From a phage, in sequence record EF517059.1: a stretch of 486 nt of DNA. The stretch is one strand, 5' to 3'. The notes beneath the pieces are model-generated. The model did no database searches. It had not been told where the DNA came from and worked only from the letters and a program-made list of their open reading frames with translations. Shown here piece by piece: positions 1 to 486 of the stretch. The position numbers and the translations under genes are program-made. The stretch's first letter is position 1; each line of letters begins with the position of its first letter.

Positions 1-134
1 CTCGTAAAGAGGCCACACAGTCACGCGCTCTGGCGATTCGCTCCAACGAACTGACTGACAGTGCATCCACTAAAGTTACCGAGGCTGCCCGTGTGGCAAA
101 CCAAGCTCAACAGCTTTCCAAATTCTTTGAGTAA
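1..134 (+). CDS. 4.3: 3' end of an upstream small phage protein of unknown function, truncated at the window start; consistent by position with T7 gene 4.3. Translated tail in frame 3 (first full codon at nt 3): RKEATQSRALAIRSNELTDSASTKVTEAARVANQAQQLSKFFE*
   Basis: Frame 3 is open from the window edge to TAA at 132-134. It ends 19 nt before the next start codon, the same spacing I recall between T7 genes 4.3 and 4.5. Same strand as the downstream gene and promoter. Identity comes from layout, not from recalled protein sequence. Confidence 0.6.
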   Translation, partial: RKEATQSRALAIRSNELTDSASTKVTEAARVANQAQQLSKFFE

Positions 135-140
135 TCAAAT

Positions 141-146
141 AGGAGA
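141..146 (+). promoter_or_regulatory. Shine-Dalgarno ribosome-binding site (AGGAGA) for the downstream 89-aa ORF
   Basis: AGGAGA at 141-146 lies 7 nt upstream of ATG 154-156, which is typical spacing for phage and E. coli translation initiation. Confidence 0.8.
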
Positions 147-153
147 AATCATT

Positions 154-423
154 ATGTCTAACGTAGCTGAAACTATCCGTCTATTCGATACAGCTGACCA
201 GTGGAACCGTCGAGTCCACATCAACGTTCGCAACGGTAAGGCGACTATGGTTTACCGCTGGAAGGACTCTAAGTCCTCTAAGAATCACACTCAGCGTATG
301 ACGTTGACAGATGAGCAAGCACTGCGTCTGGTCAATGCGCTTACCAAAGCTGCCGTGACAGCAATTCATGAAGTTGGTCGTGTCAATGAAGCTATGGCTA
401 TTCTCGACAAGATTGATAACTAA
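154..423 (+). CDS. 4.5: Small phage protein, 89 aa, consistent with T7 gp4.5 (reported Lon protease inhibitor / anti-toxin-antitoxin defence factor). Sequence: MSNVAETIRLFDTADQWNRRVHINVRNGKATMVYRWKDSKSSKNHTQRMTLTDEQALRLVNALTKAAVTAIHEVGRVNEAMAILDKIDN
   Basis: ATG at 154 with AGGAGA 7 nt upstream, TAA stop at 421-423, 270 nt giving 89 aa. This matches the length I recall for T7 gene 4.5, as do the 19-nt gap to the upstream stop and the 62-nt distance from the stop to the promoter +1 G. Product identity is by position and size, not by recalled residues. Confidence 0.85.
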   Translation: MSNVAETIRLFDTADQWNRRVHINVRNGKATMVYRWKDSKSSKNHTQRMTLTDEQALRLVNALTKAAVTAIHEVGRVNEAMAILDKIDN

Positions 424-436
424 AAGTGGTATCCTC

Positions 437-459
437 AAGGTCGCCAAAGTGGTGGCCTT
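437..459 (+). other. Predicted RNA hairpin in the intergenic region (stem 437-445 paired with 451-459, loop AAAGU); possibly part of the T7 R4.7 RNase III processing site
   Basis: AAGGUCGCC (437-445) pairs with GGUGGCCUU (451-459): 7 Watson-Crick and 2 G-U pairs by manual folding. In T7 an RNase III site (R4.7) maps between gene 4.5 and phi4.7, and this is the only obvious structured element in the 62-nt gap. The full RNase III substrate is probably larger and may extend to about nt 470. Confidence 0.4.
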
Positions 460-463
460 CATG

Positions 464-486
464 AATACTATTCGACTCACTATAGG
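464..486 (+). promoter_or_regulatory. T7 RNA polymerase class II promoter, truncated at the window end; consistent with T7 phi4.7. Predicted +1 G at nt 485.
   Basis: Positions 473-486 read CGACTCACTATAGG, an exact match to the -12..+2 core of the T7 promoter consensus TAATACGACTCACTATAGG. Positions 468-472 (CTATT) differ from the consensus TAATA at -17, -16 and -13, which is typical of weaker class II promoters. The spacing to the upstream stop matches phi4.7 in T7. Confidence 0.9.

Noticed and set aside
61-423. 120-aa ORF from the six-frame track, starting at GTG 61 in the same frame as the 89-aa gene
   Set aside because: The extension has no ribosome-binding site and overlaps the terminal 74 nt of the upstream gene, which reads through 1-134 in another frame. 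A strong AGGAGA sits 7 nt upstream of the internal ATG at 154, and starting there gives the 89-aa size expected for T7 gene 4.5. The N-terminal 31 residues are most likely read-through of non-coding and overlapping sequence.
421-460. Rho-independent transcription terminator after the 89-aa ORF
   Set aside because: The hairpin at 437-459 is followed by CATGAATAC, not a U-rich tract, so it does not look like an intrinsic terminator. An RNA processing or structural role is more plausible.
181-480. 99-aa ORF on the minus strand overlapping the gene 4.5 coding region and the promoter
   Set aside because: It is antisense to a well-supported CDS and runs through the intergenic hairpin and the T7 promoter. 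It has no evident Shine-Dalgarno, and T7-group phages transcribe essentially all genes from one strand. It is most likely a chance open frame.
464-486. Possibility that the T7 promoter marks a cloning or expression vector rather than phage DNA
   Set aside because: The upstream half of the promoter deviates from the vector consensus (CTATT instead of TAATA at -17..-13), and the flanking sequence is phage-like coding DNA with T7-matching spacing rather than a multiple cloning site or lac operator.

Overview
This window appears to be the bacteriophage T7 (or a near-identical T7-group podovirus) class II early region, all on the + strand: the 3' end of an upstream small gene (T7 gene 4.3 by layout), a 19-nt spacer with a strong Shine-Dalgarno, a complete 89-aa ORF (T7 gene 4.5 by layout), a 62-nt structured intergenic region, and a T7 RNA polymerase promoter cut off by the window edge (phi4.7 by position). 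The assignment rests on the recognisable T7 promoter core plus gene lengths and spacings that match my recollection of the T7 map; I could not run a database search and do not recall the gp4.3/gp4.5 protein sequences residue by residue. I see no evidence of a previously undescribed system here. The most interesting content is the gene-4.5-like ORF, whose T7 product has been reported to inhibit host Lon protease as an anti-defence function. The 120-aa and antisense 99-aa ORFs in the supplied track are judged artefacts.
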